From the NCBI GenBank assembly GCA_964016885.1, contig CAXHJY010000511.1:1-64000 (forward strand): a stretch of DNA of 64,000 nt, read 5' to 3'. The notes beneath the pieces are model-generated. The model saw only the letters and a program-made list of their open reading frames with translations, had not been told where the DNA came from and searched no databases. How positions within the stretch are numbered: position 1 is the stretch's first letter; the number at the start of each line of letters is the position of its first letter. A program made the translations under genes and the position numbers. This document shows positions 41,158-54,545 of this stretch, in pieces. This stretch comes from Eledone cirrhosa (lineage: Eukaryota).

Positions 41158-41180
41158 TATATATTATATATATATAATGC

Positions 41181-41220
<40 letters not shown>

Positions 41221-41222
41221 GC

Positions 41223-41294
<72 letters not shown>

Positions 41295-41329
41295 GCATAA
41301 TATATATATATATATATATATAATGCATA

Positions 41330-41382
<53 letters not shown>

Positions 41383-41390
41383 TATAATAC

Positions 41391-41453
<63 letters not shown>

Positions 41454-41630
41454 AAGCAAATTATAAATGTAAACATGTAAGTATGTTTTTGAAACGGTGC
41501 GCGAGTTTGAAATTAGAAATTATAAGCTTTCACCGTATTTTAGACTAAAAAAATTTCTAGCCTGATAGTGGGGTTTATAACGTTGTCGTGGCTTTCAAAC
41601 TTCGAATTCTTTATATATTATATATATATA

Positions 41631-41661
<31 letters not shown>

Positions 41662-41961
41662 TTATAATATATAAAGAATTCGAAGTTTGAAAGCCACGAC
41701 AATGCGGAGAATTTGGACGGAGAATAATTAAATGGTAAGAACAGGGGTTGTTTCACATCGGACTCTGGAATTGTTCCTCTATTTTCCTCGGAAGAAAAGA
41801 TATTAGGACATGAATATCAGGACATGAATAAATTAAGGTAAAAAAAAACCCTGTTCTTACGATTTAATTATTTTCCGTCCAAACCCGTATTGTCGTGGCT
41901 TTCAAACTTCGAATTTTTTATACCATATACAATACTTTAAGTAAACTACAAATTCCTTCTC

Positions 41962-42046
<85 letters not shown>

Positions 42047-42061
42047 ATATATATATATACA

Positions 42062-42315
42062 TGTAGGAGGTGAGTTTTATTGTAGTACAATAAAGCAATG
42101 CAGATATCGGATAAGAAGCACTCTACAGTTTGTAGGACTGGAATATACATAATATGTTGATTTAAAACTGCACTATCCACAAGTGTTTTTTAACCTTCAT
42201 ATCATGTCCTCCTATTTTATCTGATGAAAACACAAATGTTATTGCATGATGATATTTGTTTTTGAAATGCACATAATAAAATACATGGAACTCTTTTAAC
42301 CATCTTTTGATCTTA
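42062..42315. mobile_element. H1 element with inverted tail; hammerhead at 42213-42283 (+)
   Basis: Tail on - (42062-42153) joined to body on +. Confidence 0.85.
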
Positions 42316-42754
42316 TATATATATATATATATATGTATATATAATAACTAGAAATTGATTAACATATATATAAACATGAATAATCACAGGAGATAATTAC
42401 AAATTATCACAAATTATCTCCTGTGATTATTCATGTTTATATATATGTTAATCAATTTCTAGTTATTATAAAATGCTCGGACCTACTCGATAGAATCTTT
42501 GAGCTTATTTCTCCGGGTGATATGGCGTATGCCGTTCTGGCATGACACCCATAATTTTGATTTAGATTAAATTCATTTAATTTATCTTAATTTTGGATAT
42601 AGATATATACGTATATATATTTATACATTAGTGTAGTTAATACGAAGAGAAAATGATGGTAAATAAACCAAAACAAAACAAAGTAATGTTTTATCCTGTG
42701 TATTACGGCTTGATATTTCGGGGCGAAATTGAAACAGTCCAAGATAAAACAAAT

Positions 42755-43468
42755 ATTTACATTACTCTATATTTACTATCATATTTTCATGGTAAAGACT
42801 TTACCTCACAATTATCTCACATAATATTTACATTACTCTATATTTACTATCATATTTTCATGGTAAAGGCTTTACCTCACAATTATCTCACATAATATTT
42901 ACATTACTCTATATTTACTATCATATTTTCATGGTAAAGGCTTTACCTCACAATTATCTCACATAATATTTACATTAATCTATATTTACTATCATATTTT
43001 CATGGTAAAGGCTTTACCTCACAATTATCTCACATAATATTTACATTACTCTATATTTACTGCCATATTTTCATGGTAAAGGCTTTACCTCACAATTATC
43101 TCACATAATATTTACATTAATCTATATTTACTATCATATTTTCATGGTAAAGACTTTACCTCACAATTATCTCACATAATATTTACATTACTCTATATTT
43201 ACTATCATATTTTCATGGTAAAGGCTTTACCTCACAATTATATCACATAATATTTACATTACTCTATATTTACTATCATATTTTCATGGTAAAGGCTTTA
43301 CCTCACAATTATATCACATAATATTGAATCTATGAGATTTTGATATTATTTATGTTGAGAACAATACCTTAACATCATGAGTATGAACGGCCGGTTACAA
43401 CTGATTTGAACAGAAAGAGGTGAGAGAATTCTGGCCGGATACGGCCGGTTTAAACGCTAAAGGGTTAA
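42755..43468. mobile_element. piggyBac-like MITE with ~69-bp tandem array (about 8 units, 42755-43325)
   Basis: Unit is single-copy in 17250-17468; ends AAAGGG-TTAA. Confidence 0.75.
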
Positions 43469-43867
43469 GGAACTGCTACCTTTGCTAACAACGAAAGGCT
43501 TCATCCTATGAATGAAAGGTTGGCTGTATGAAGCCAGTGTGCGAAGTTCCATGCTGCATGGTAGTGAATCCAGAGGACGTGTTGAGGCTGGAGAGAAATA
43601 AGAAAGAGGTGACAGAATTCTGACCGGTTTCGGCCGGTTTAAATGTTAAAGGGTTAAAATGCTCGAGGCAGGTTGCATGTCCCCCTCCACGGTCCTTCAA
43701 TTAATCCCTCGGGAATTACGGCCCCATACTTAAGTATTTCTGTCAGTTATACATTAGTCCCTATACATGTCAAATGTTTCCTGACTGAAATAAAATCCTT
43801 GCAGATTAAAATATCAAATTGTGTTCAACTCCCGCGGCTACCAATGTTTCTTCTCTCATCCCTAGGC

Positions 43868-44052
43868 TTGGATTGGCAGTATCGGTAGAGGGTCGGACGC
43901 CATGCTTTCCAGCATAGTTATGTCCCTTTACGATCTGAGTTCAAATCCCGCCGAGGTTGACTTTGCATTTCATCCTTACGGGGTCGATAAAATAAAGTAC
44001 CAGTAATGCACTGGGTAATTTGCTGGCCTTGTGCCTAAAGTAGAAACAATTA
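43868..44052 (+). mobile_element. S1 SINE
   Basis: Matches S1 consensus. Confidence 0.88.
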
Positions 44053-44423
44053 TATGATTCACCATTAAAACGTCGTTATGCCACTTACACACACATACAC
44101 ACACACACACTCATACACACATACACACACGCACACACACTCATACACACACAAGCACACACACACACACACGCACACACACATTCACATGCACACATAC
44201 ATACACACATACACACACACACGCACACACACACTCACACACATACACACACGCGCACACACACACACTTATACACACACGCACGCACACACACACACAC
44301 ACACACACGCTTACACACACGCACGCACATACACGCACACACATACATGCACAGACATACACACACACACGCACTCACACACACATATACACACATACAC
44401 ACAGACGAACTCACATACACACA

Positions 44424-44503
<80 letters not shown>

Positions 44504-44675
44504 AACACCCTAAACACCATCAATTTTAACATCAATATATTTTCACAGATAAATCTATGGACCATAATTCCTGTGAGAATTTATTTTATATTTGTTAATG
44601 GAGTTTAGTAATGTATCTTTTTAACGACTGTTCTCAGTAAATCTATAATAAAACACTAATGATATCAATAATAAT

Positions 44676-44860
44676 TGTTTCTACTTTAGGCACAAGGCCA
44701 GCAATTACCCAGTACATTACTGGTACTTTATTTTATCGACCCAGTAAGGATGAAAGGCAAAGTCAACCTCGGCGGGATTTGAACTCAGATCGTAAAGGGA
44801 CGTAACTATGCTGGAAAGCATGGCGTCCGACCCTCTACCGATACTGCCAATCCACCGCCC
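44676..44860 (-). mobile_element. Full-length S1 SINE with ~22-bp target-site duplication
   Basis: CACTAATGATATCAATAATAAT at 44654-44675 and 44865-44886. Confidence 0.92.
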
Positions 44861-44953
44861 AATCCACTAATGATATCAATAATAATCAATTATGATTGGT
44901 GTTTCACTGAAATCATTGCGCATGCGCACACACAGCACTCACATGTGCAAATA

Positions 44954-45035
44954 TTGGGTCGTCAAGTATGAAATTTATAGAAATTTGTTTTTATTTTCTA
45001 CTAATTTCTACAAATTTCATACTCGACGACCCAAT
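44954..45035. mobile_element. Small mariner-type MITE; copy at 56209-56289
   Basis: TIR TTGGGTCGTCAAGTATGAAATTT, TA flanks. Confidence 0.75.
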
Positions 45036-45327
45036 ACAATTCTATGTAAACTGTAAAAGAGATTATTAGAAAATGAGAAAAGCGATTTCAGATAAAGCTA
45101 ATGGCAATATTAACTGAAATAATTATAGATATGTTAATAAATCTGCTTTATTAAGCTTTTACTAGTATTTAATTAGGGGAATAATATTTATTTCCAACTA
45201 ATGCACAAGGCCAGCAAATTCGGGGAAAGGGTGAAGTTGATTAAATCAACTCCACCCTGACTGGTACTTTATTTTATCGACCCCCAAAGAATGAAAATCA
45301 AAGTTGATTTCGGCATACATACATACA

Positions 45328-45620
45328 TGATGGCTGCCCCCTCGTTATCGAGTATGGCCATTGCACGATATAACATTATTAATAATTATTAATTTATACT
45401 AATGAGCAATGCCTGTGCGTGAAGATTTTTTTTTTTAAGTGTGGAAAGTCTGTGCACTGAGCCAATCCCACTCTCTGAGCGACAGTAGCTATAACCTGAA
45501 AAGAAGAAAAGATCAACATCATCGGTAACTACTGAGCCGCAGGTTTTATATCGGAGTTATCCCAGTTTCCTGAGTTGCCTTCTCCGAGAAGAATGCCCTG
45601 TCAAAGGCTAGGGGCCCTTC
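45328..45620 (-). mobile_element. Second non-autonomous RTE derivative; copy at 58900-59137 (+)
   Basis: Shared 5'UTR blocks; 3' hairpin ctcgataacgag before (ATGT)n. Confidence 0.7.
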
Positions 45621-45644
45621 ACTCCATACATACATTCATACAAA

Positions 45645-45647
<3 letters not shown>

Positions 45648-45679
<32 letters not shown>

Positions 45680-46252
45680 TGGTTGTAGTTCCTGTCTGTT
45701 TGTTCACGAACTCCTCCCATGGATTTGAAGATAGACTCCCATAACCATATATATTCTGAAACTACATTGCCCAGGGTACTTGGATAAGTATATTTCATTT
45801 TAATCAAATAGTTCCCCGGGGGCACAAACCACCGCTGAAAATTGTTTGCCTTCGATTTATATGAAATTTAAACCATAGGTAAATGACAAGATATGATGTC
45901 TATTCACAAAATTTCAGCAAATTTCAATAATATTAAGACACCCTAATGGGGGTTAAACTCCCTATAGTGAACATTTTGGAAGCCCCAATAAAATAATGCT
46001 TTACACAAAATTGAAATGATCAAGTTTTGAATTATTTACAAGAAACAAAATAAGAATAAGATTTAATAATGTAATTTTGATTTGATATATTACAAAAAAT
46101 GTTTTCCAATTTTTCATGCATTAGATTTTACATTGAGTAATGTTGAAATGCAGAGTTTTTCTCCATAAATTATATCACTGAGTTAAAATCAATCATCATT
46201 TTCTTACAAAAAAAATGTGTGAATCGCAACAAGGCGCCGGTAATTCAGCTAG
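45648..46252 (+). mobile_element. Non-autonomous Helitron-like element
   Basis: CTATATA...AAAG start with ctgtctgtttgt; GC-rich subterminal segment, CTAG end followed by T. Confidence 0.55.
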
Positions 46253-46275
46253 TATATATACATATATATATGAAT

Positions 46276-46387
<112 letters not shown>

Positions 46388-47189
46388 ACCCACACACACA
46401 CACACATATATATGTATATAAACTAGATGAAGATGTACAGATGTTCATGATCTGATGGAGAGAAAATGCTGCAAAAACTGTTGACTATTGAGAAGACTTA
46501 TCATACGAGAAGCCATATTGAATATCAAGTGAATATATCTCACATTCCAAGATGGCAGATATCTATAGAGGCATCTATATTACGAAAAAGGAAAAATACA
46601 AATAACAACTAACAAAATTATCATAAGAAGAGGATAGCGCTTCTATTCTCGTTGTTCTTCTAACCATTGCTAAAGTCTATAATTTATTGAATAAAAACAA
46701 TTTCAGCGACATAAAGCAAGAGATACGAAATTCTTTGATATTTTACTCCAAATGTTTTTGTTTTTTTTGTATATTGCAAAAATAAAAAATAAAAATAAAT
46801 TGAAGTGAATAACATGGTTGAAAATATGTAATAATGTCCATTATATATTTTTTCTATTATATATATATATATATATATAGGAACCAGTAAGACCCCGACG
46901 CTGAGCTCAAGCCGTTTCGACGGCTAATTCTGGACTAAATGAAAATTTATCCTGGTATTTAAATAGCCGATCTTCTCAAGGGGTAATTCCATATATGGTC
47001 AAAGTGATAGTCAAAAATCAGTAGTAATTCTGTGATTGCAAATTATATATATGTATATGTATAGTAATAATAATAAATGTGGAGACTAAAATCCGAAGAG
47101 GGCTCGATTCTTTGCTTAAACTTTAATCTGTTATTTTAATAAATAAATATATATATATATATAGAGAGAGAGAGCGAGAGAGAGAGAAA

Positions 47190-47276
<87 letters not shown>

Positions 47277-47427
47277 CCGTTAGCTTCTTGCTAAAACAAT
47301 CTCTATACCTCTCATTTATATATATATATATATATACATACACACATGAAACATTGGCACACTTAACTACACCCACGAATGCTTGCACGCATACATACAT
47401 ACATACATACATACATACATACATACA

Positions 47428-47459
<32 letters not shown>

Positions 47460-48057
47460 CACATTCGTACTTACATTCATGCAAACATACAAACATAATG
47501 TAAAACATTCCAAAAATTCTGCATCTAATAACTGCATATACACTTGTACAGATACAAAACGTATGCACATACACACATACAACTCAAAACATACACATCC
47601 ACACATACAATAACATCCATATCTACACATGCATGCATGTAGACATGCATACATATCTACCTAGTTGATGTTGTGTAAATTCCAATGAGAGAGTCTTGTG
47701 TCTATGTTAGAAACCGACTCTCTCTCTATTGGTAAAACTTTGTGAGATTATAAAACCAGAAGAACATACATACGTACATACATACGTACATACGTACATA
47801 CATACATACATATGACATGGATCTCCTTGGCCTCAGGTCTTGCATACTACAAATGACTGCGATAGCTGGCACCTTCAAAATTTGCAAAACATTCTTGCGA
47901 TTCAAAGGATGACAATTTCTTTTCTTTTACAACCTTGCCACCAGGAAGCTGGCCGGTCAAAAAAAATATACTCGAAATTAAGAGAAAGAGATAACACATA
48001 CATACATACATACATACATACATACATACATACATACATACATACATACATACATAC

Positions 48058-48667
48058 ATGGTGGCTGCCAACTCGTTTTCGAGTACGGCCACTACTTTAT
48101 ATCCATGTAGGAGAACTCCTACCGATGCGCTGAACGAGTGTGACTTTTCAGTCCAGCCAGCGACTTGAAAACTCTGGTACAAACACTACACTTGTGATAA
48201 TGATTGACACACAGTGCTGGGCCCATGGTACCATGTGACGACAAGTGCAGAGAGATCTCCAGATATAAAGCAATGCCTGTGCCGTGAAGCTTTTATAGTG
48301 AGCAAAGGCACTGCACAAAGCCAGTCCCACTCTCTTAACCAAGATGATATTTACCAAAAAGAAGAACAAGTCAACATCATTGGATACCATCAGGGTTGCA
48401 GGTGTTATATCAGAGTTTTCCTTCTCCTAGAATTCTGCCTTGACAAAGGCTAAGGGGTCATCTCTCCCGGTGATTTTGGATGGCCATTGACTCTCAAGAG
48501 CTCCTTTGCCCTTTGACAGGTTTTGTTTTTAGTCCTGCAGGATGTCCAAAGTCACCCTCCTCACCAAGAAAACTTGGTGGGGTTGCCAGTTTAGTCGCCA
48601 ACGACCCGACCATGAGACAGGTTGTACTGGGATACATGTTACCAGTAGCACCAACTGGTGACCTGAC
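48058..48667 (-). mobile_element. RN element, apparently full length
   Basis: Same ends as 58236-58838; (TACA)n on both sides. Confidence 0.88.
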
Positions 48668-48732
48668 ATACATACATACATACATACATACATACATACA
48701 TACATACATACATACATACATACATACATACA

Positions 48733-49080
48733 TGATGGCTGCAAACCCTGATAAGAGTTTTGCAATCGTTTGTCATATTTCAGATGTGTGACCCTCGGAT
48801 ATGGCTTTTCAAGTCCGCTAGAGACTTGAACTCCTTCACACATTGACGACAACTATGGATCTCCTTGGCCTCAGGTCTTGCATAAGGTTGACTGTGAACC
48901 TTCACATGCCGCTTCAGTCCTGTTACAGATCAACATGCTTTACTTCATTCATTACATTTTGTAATACTGTAGAGATTATATTTCACTGGTTCTCTCCAAA
49001 CATGGCTGCCACTGTGACTCCTCACACCAGATGTACTCAAGCAAATCTTTCCACACTCAGGGCACACCAATGCAATATAA
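48733..49080 (-). mobile_element. RTE 3' end with decayed C2H2 fingers
   Basis: CPECGKICLSTSGVRSH; CRQC..FKSLAGL; cagccatcatgtatg end. Confidence 0.7.
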
Positions 49081-49179
49081 CCAATACATATATACATACA
49101 CACACACACACACACACATATATACATACACACACGTACATACACACATATACACAGAGACACACGTACATACACATAT

Positions 49180-49234
<55 letters not shown>

Positions 49235-49651
49235 CACACACACACACACACCCATACATGCATACACACACACACGCACACATACATACACACACACACA
49301 CCCATACATGCATACATACACCCACCCACACACCCACACACCCACACATATATATATACAAACACGTACATACATATACACAGAGACACACGTACATACA
49401 CACGTACACATATACACACATATATATATATATATACATACACACACACATACATACACACGCACCCATACATACATCCATACATACACACACACACACA
49501 CATATATATATACAGACACACACATACATACATACATACATACTTTTAAAATGATGTCATCATGAAGGCTGTGAGTCTAGATCTAACCAGCAGAACTTAC
49601 AAAAATCTGCTTTATAAAATGTATAAAAAATAAAATATATCATCTTACATT

Positions 49652-49682
<31 letters not shown>

Positions 49683-49701
49683 TTATTACATACGCGCGTG
49701 G

Positions 49702-49749
<48 letters not shown>

Positions 49750-49806
49750 GTATATATATAAATATGTATATATATATATATGTATATATATATGTATATA
49801 TATATG

Positions 49807-49922
<116 letters not shown>

Positions 49923-49928
49923 TGTGTG

Positions 49929-49962
<34 letters not shown>

Positions 49963-50082
49963 CAAATATATATATATATACAAATATATATGTAGCTGAA
50001 CAGAAAGATAAATACAGGAAGCAAAATCAAATATTTACCGACCGTGCTGGAATACTGATAGAGTTTTTAACCTTCATTGATA

Positions 50083-50180
<98 letters not shown>

Positions 50181-50369
50181 CACTCACGCACTCAAACACA
50201 TAGAAATACACACACACACACAGATATATATATATTTATTATTATTACTATATATATATATATATTTCTCGAAAAACCTGGCTTTCGAGCCACTTTTTCC
50301 ATATAAAACAAGTAACATTTAGAGACCAACCAGATGTGAGAAAAACCACAGACCCTCCATCTCAACTCA

Positions 50370-50407
50370 CCTTTTGAAAAGCAGAAGAACTGCGAAACCG
50401 GTAAAGG
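50370..50407 (+). ncRNA. Minimal type I hammerhead with U3-A8 core
   Basis: CCTT-TTGAAAA-GCAG aagaa CTGC-GAAA-CCGG-TA-AAGG. Confidence 0.75.
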
Positions 50408-50538
50408 AACCAAATAAATATATATATTTAAAAAAAAAATAAGACTTCAGTTGCATTTTCGATTTCATCTCTTTTTCTTTATACTTCCACTTGTGTAGGA
50501 CACCTCGGTTATTTTTCATTTTGTAAAAAAAACCTCAC

Positions 50539-50579
<41 letters not shown>

Positions 50580-51042
50580 TATATTAATAATAATAAATTT
50601 GAAGACTAAAATTCAAAGAGGGCTCGATAAGGATAAATATATATCAAATATATAAGAACCCTAGAGCAAATATTTATTAAAATAACAGATTAAAGTTTAA
50701 GCAAAGAATCGCTGCTTTCACCCTTAACGGGATCTTCTGAAACTACCAAAGTCAATCTGTAAAGGCAGAAGTGGATATTTCAAAAAACGTTGCAACCGGA
50801 GGAAGACAGGAAGACGATACTTTGGTTCGTGGAAACGTTCGCTGGCAAAGAACGGGAAAAAACGAATAATACGTCATTAATAGGAGCGGTGAAAAACAAT
50901 TACGCGCAAAGACAGAACCACGTTTATGGTATAAAAGTGGTCGTAGACTAATGTTCTCTTAGGTGGTGCATAGAGACGTTCTCTGGCAATGAACGAAAAA
51001 ACGAAGATAATACGTCATATGTGGAGCGTGGAGATATATATG

Positions 51043-51115
<73 letters not shown>

Positions 51116-51119
51116 ATAC

Positions 51120-51151
<32 letters not shown>

Positions 51152-51159
51152 GTATATAC

Positions 51160-51194
<35 letters not shown>

Positions 51195-51219
51195 CATATA
51201 TATACATATATATATAAAC

Positions 51220-51270
<51 letters not shown>

Positions 51271-51357
51271 GTAATTCCGCAGGAAAAGCAAAGGAAAAAA
51301 GAGTGCTCTGTGTATACAACAGAGCTATTTAATTATATAAATATATATATATATATA

Positions 51358-51788
51358 TACGATATTAAATAAATGGAAACTATATTTATAAAACCATATT
51401 TATTTCATTATATATATTTCAGGGATATCATATTAAAAATATGTTATGCCTTCTTCAGACAAAATACAATATAAACAGTCTTATAAATAGATAGATTTGA
51501 CATACCTTACAACTTCAACTTCCATTTAAAAAGTTAAATGGAAGTTGAAGTTGTAAGGTATGTCAAATCTATCTATTTATAAGACTGTTTATATTGTATT
51601 TTGTCTGAAGAAGGCATAACATATTTTTAATATGATATCCCTGAAATATATATAATGAAATAAATATGGTTTTATAAATATAGTTTCCATTTATTTAATA
51701 TCGTAAATATACTCCAAATACTTGTTGAGTGCTTTTATATCAGTTATAAATATTTACTCGTTGTAACCCAACAATTTAAATAAAACTT

Positions 51789-51792
<4 letters not shown>
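51358..51792. mobile_element. H2 fold-back, 172-bp arms and 4-nt loop; hammerheads at 51401-51466 (-) and 51597-51662 (+)
   Basis: Arms 51358-51529 / 51534-51705; CTGAAGA...GAAA-TATATA-TA. Confidence 0.9.
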
Positions 51793-51874
<82 letters not shown>

Positions 51875-51901
51875 CTATACTTTTCATTTATATATATATA
51901 T

Positions 51902-52760
51902 GTCGGTAGAGCGTGGGAAACCCTATTTTACAGCATAGAGTTACGGCCCTTTACGTTCTGAGTTCAAATCCTGCCGAGGTTAACTTTGCCTTTCATCCTT
52001 ACGCGGTCGATAAAATAAAGTACCAGTAATACACTGGGTAATTGCTGGCCTTGTGCCTAAAGTAGAAACAATTATTATTAAAGGCGGTGGATTGGCAGTA
52101 TCGGTAGAGGGTCGGACGCCATGCTTTGACGCTCAGAGTTACAGCCCTTGCCATTCTGAGTTCAAATCCCGCCGAGGTTAACTTTGCCTTTCATCCTTAC
52201 GGGGTCGATAAAATAAAGTACCAGTAATACACTGGGTAATTGCTGGCCTTGTGCCTAAAGTAGAAACAATTATTGGTTAGGAATCCTGGCTTTCACCCAG
52301 GCGGCCCGGGTTCGATTCCCGGCATGGGAACGGCATATTTTTTAGGGCGGTGGATTGGCAGTATCGGTAGAAGGTCAGACGCCATGCTTTGCAGCATAGA
52401 GTTACGGCCCTTTCCATTCTGAGTTCAAATCCAGCCGAGGTTAACTTTGCCTTTCTTCCTTACGGGGTCGATAAAATAAAGTACCAGTAATGCAGTGGGG
52501 TCGATTTAATCGACTTTCCCCTCCATCCAAATTGTTGGCCTTGTGCCTTTACATGAAACCGCTATTTTGTCGGACCGCATGCTTTACAGCACAGAGTTAC
52601 GCCCCTTATGGTCTGAGTTCAAATCCCGCCGAGGTTGACTTTGCCTTTCATCCTTACGGGGTCGATAAAATAAAGTACCAGTCACGCACTGGGGTCGATC
52701 TAATCGACTTTCCTCTTCCCCCAAATCGTGGCTTTGTGCCTATGTAAGAAACCATTATTA
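51902..52760 (+). mobile_element. Array of four head-to-tail S1 SINEs
   Basis: Copies at ~51902-52075, 52083-52272, 52345-52560, 52570-52760. Confidence 0.9.
52274..52330 (+). tRNA. tRNA-Glu(TTC), 5'-truncated, probable pseudogene
   Basis: Anticodon arm CCTGG-CTTTCAC-CCAGG (TTC 52292-52294), T arm CCGGG-TTCGATT-CCCGG, acceptor 3' strand CATGGGA-A, T6 run 52338-52343; 5' acceptor strand missing. Confidence 0.85.
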
Positions 52761-53310
52761 TTCCATTAAACCAGAGTACATTTATTTAATAAACAAAGAG
52801 CAACAGTCAGATAAACTAAATGGACATTTTGTTTTTTTTCTTCTCCTAAATAATCGATGTTATGCGGTACTAACCAACAATAGAACGAGTCGTTTCAACA
52901 GAGAATATTCTGCAGTTTCTTTATCAATGAATATAACTATTGATATCCATCTATTTGATTCTTTTGACCACTTTCTCTCACTTTTATCTCACAAATATAT
53001 ATTTTCTCCTCGTTTATTTTACATTGTTTTCATTATTAATGTTGTTATTATTATTATATCATCTTTAATGTAATGTGTGTTTCATAATTTTACTTCATAA
53101 TTTTAAACAAACCAACTGCACATACATTCTCGATGGTGTATATATATATAATATATATATCTATGTAACAAAATGCTTACAGATTATATATATATATATA
53201 TATATATATATAATGTTGTAATTGTTGTTATTGTTCTAACTGAATGCCATTACTACTTCATATAGTAGCCTGTATATTCCATTCATGCCTGTATATTCTC
53301 TTCATTCTCG

Positions 53311-53423
53311 CATGCTCCGAAGAACTGACTGGTTATAATTTTGTATTGGCGATCGAGTAACGTGAAAACAAGCGAATAGCGATCTCTAGACCTACCAGTT
53401 CAGAGAAACAATTGTCAGCAATG
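53311..53423 (+). ncRNA. Hammerhead candidate with CCGAAGA core and ~60-nt stem II insert
   Basis: TGCT-CCGAAGA-(CTGACTGGT/ACCAGTTCAG)-GAAA-CAATTG-TC-AGCA. Confidence 0.65.
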
Positions 53424-54512
53424 AGATTAAAAACCTTTTTTGTATTGCAAACCATGTCAATCTTCTTTCCTGATATATATATATATATTTATTGTATTGA
53501 AATTTCCGTTGGAAACAGAAAAGGTCATAGAAGTGAAGAGTGCTCTATGTAAGTATCAGAGCAAAATTTAATGTATAAAAATCAATACAATATAATTACC
53601 TCATTACCAGAATATACACTATATATATACACACATACATATATATATATATACATATATGTATATATATATATACACCTGTGTGTCTGTGTGTCTGTGT
53701 GTGTGTGTGTGTGCGTATTTTTTGTTTTGCAAATTTCTGACAATGTTATAACAATATGACCCTCCCCAAATATAACAATATATATTTATGAATATATATA
53801 TATATACATACATACACACACATATATATATATATATGAATATATATATATATACATACATACACACATACATATATATATATGAATATATATATACATA
53901 CATACACACACACATATATATATATGAATATATATATATATACATACATACACACATACATATATATATATGAATATATATATACATACATACACACACA
54001 CATATATATATATGAATATATACATATATATATATATATATGAATATATATATATATAAAACAAAGTGGTATAACTGCTATTGTGATATCGTTTCGAATT
54101 TTACAAATTTATTGAATATATTTCGAAGCCCAGTAAGTCGTCTGCTAAAATTATCTTGGCAAGTTTCCTGCAGAGAAAAACAACACGAATTGTCTGTGTT
54201 GGGTGGGTCGACGGGGGGATTGAATAGCTCTGTGAATGGACATACACATATAAACACCTATATAGACATACACATAGACACATACATAGACACACAGAGA
54301 CGCAGACATACACATAGACACACAAATGTATACACACATGGACGTGGGACACACACAAACATACATACACACACACACGGACATACACATAGACACACAA
54401 ACGCATACACACATGATCAGACACACACACACACGCACGCACACACATATGCACACACAGACACACACACATACACATAGACACACAAGCGTAAACACAC
54501 ACACGTGATCGG

Positions 54513-54545
<33 letters not shown>

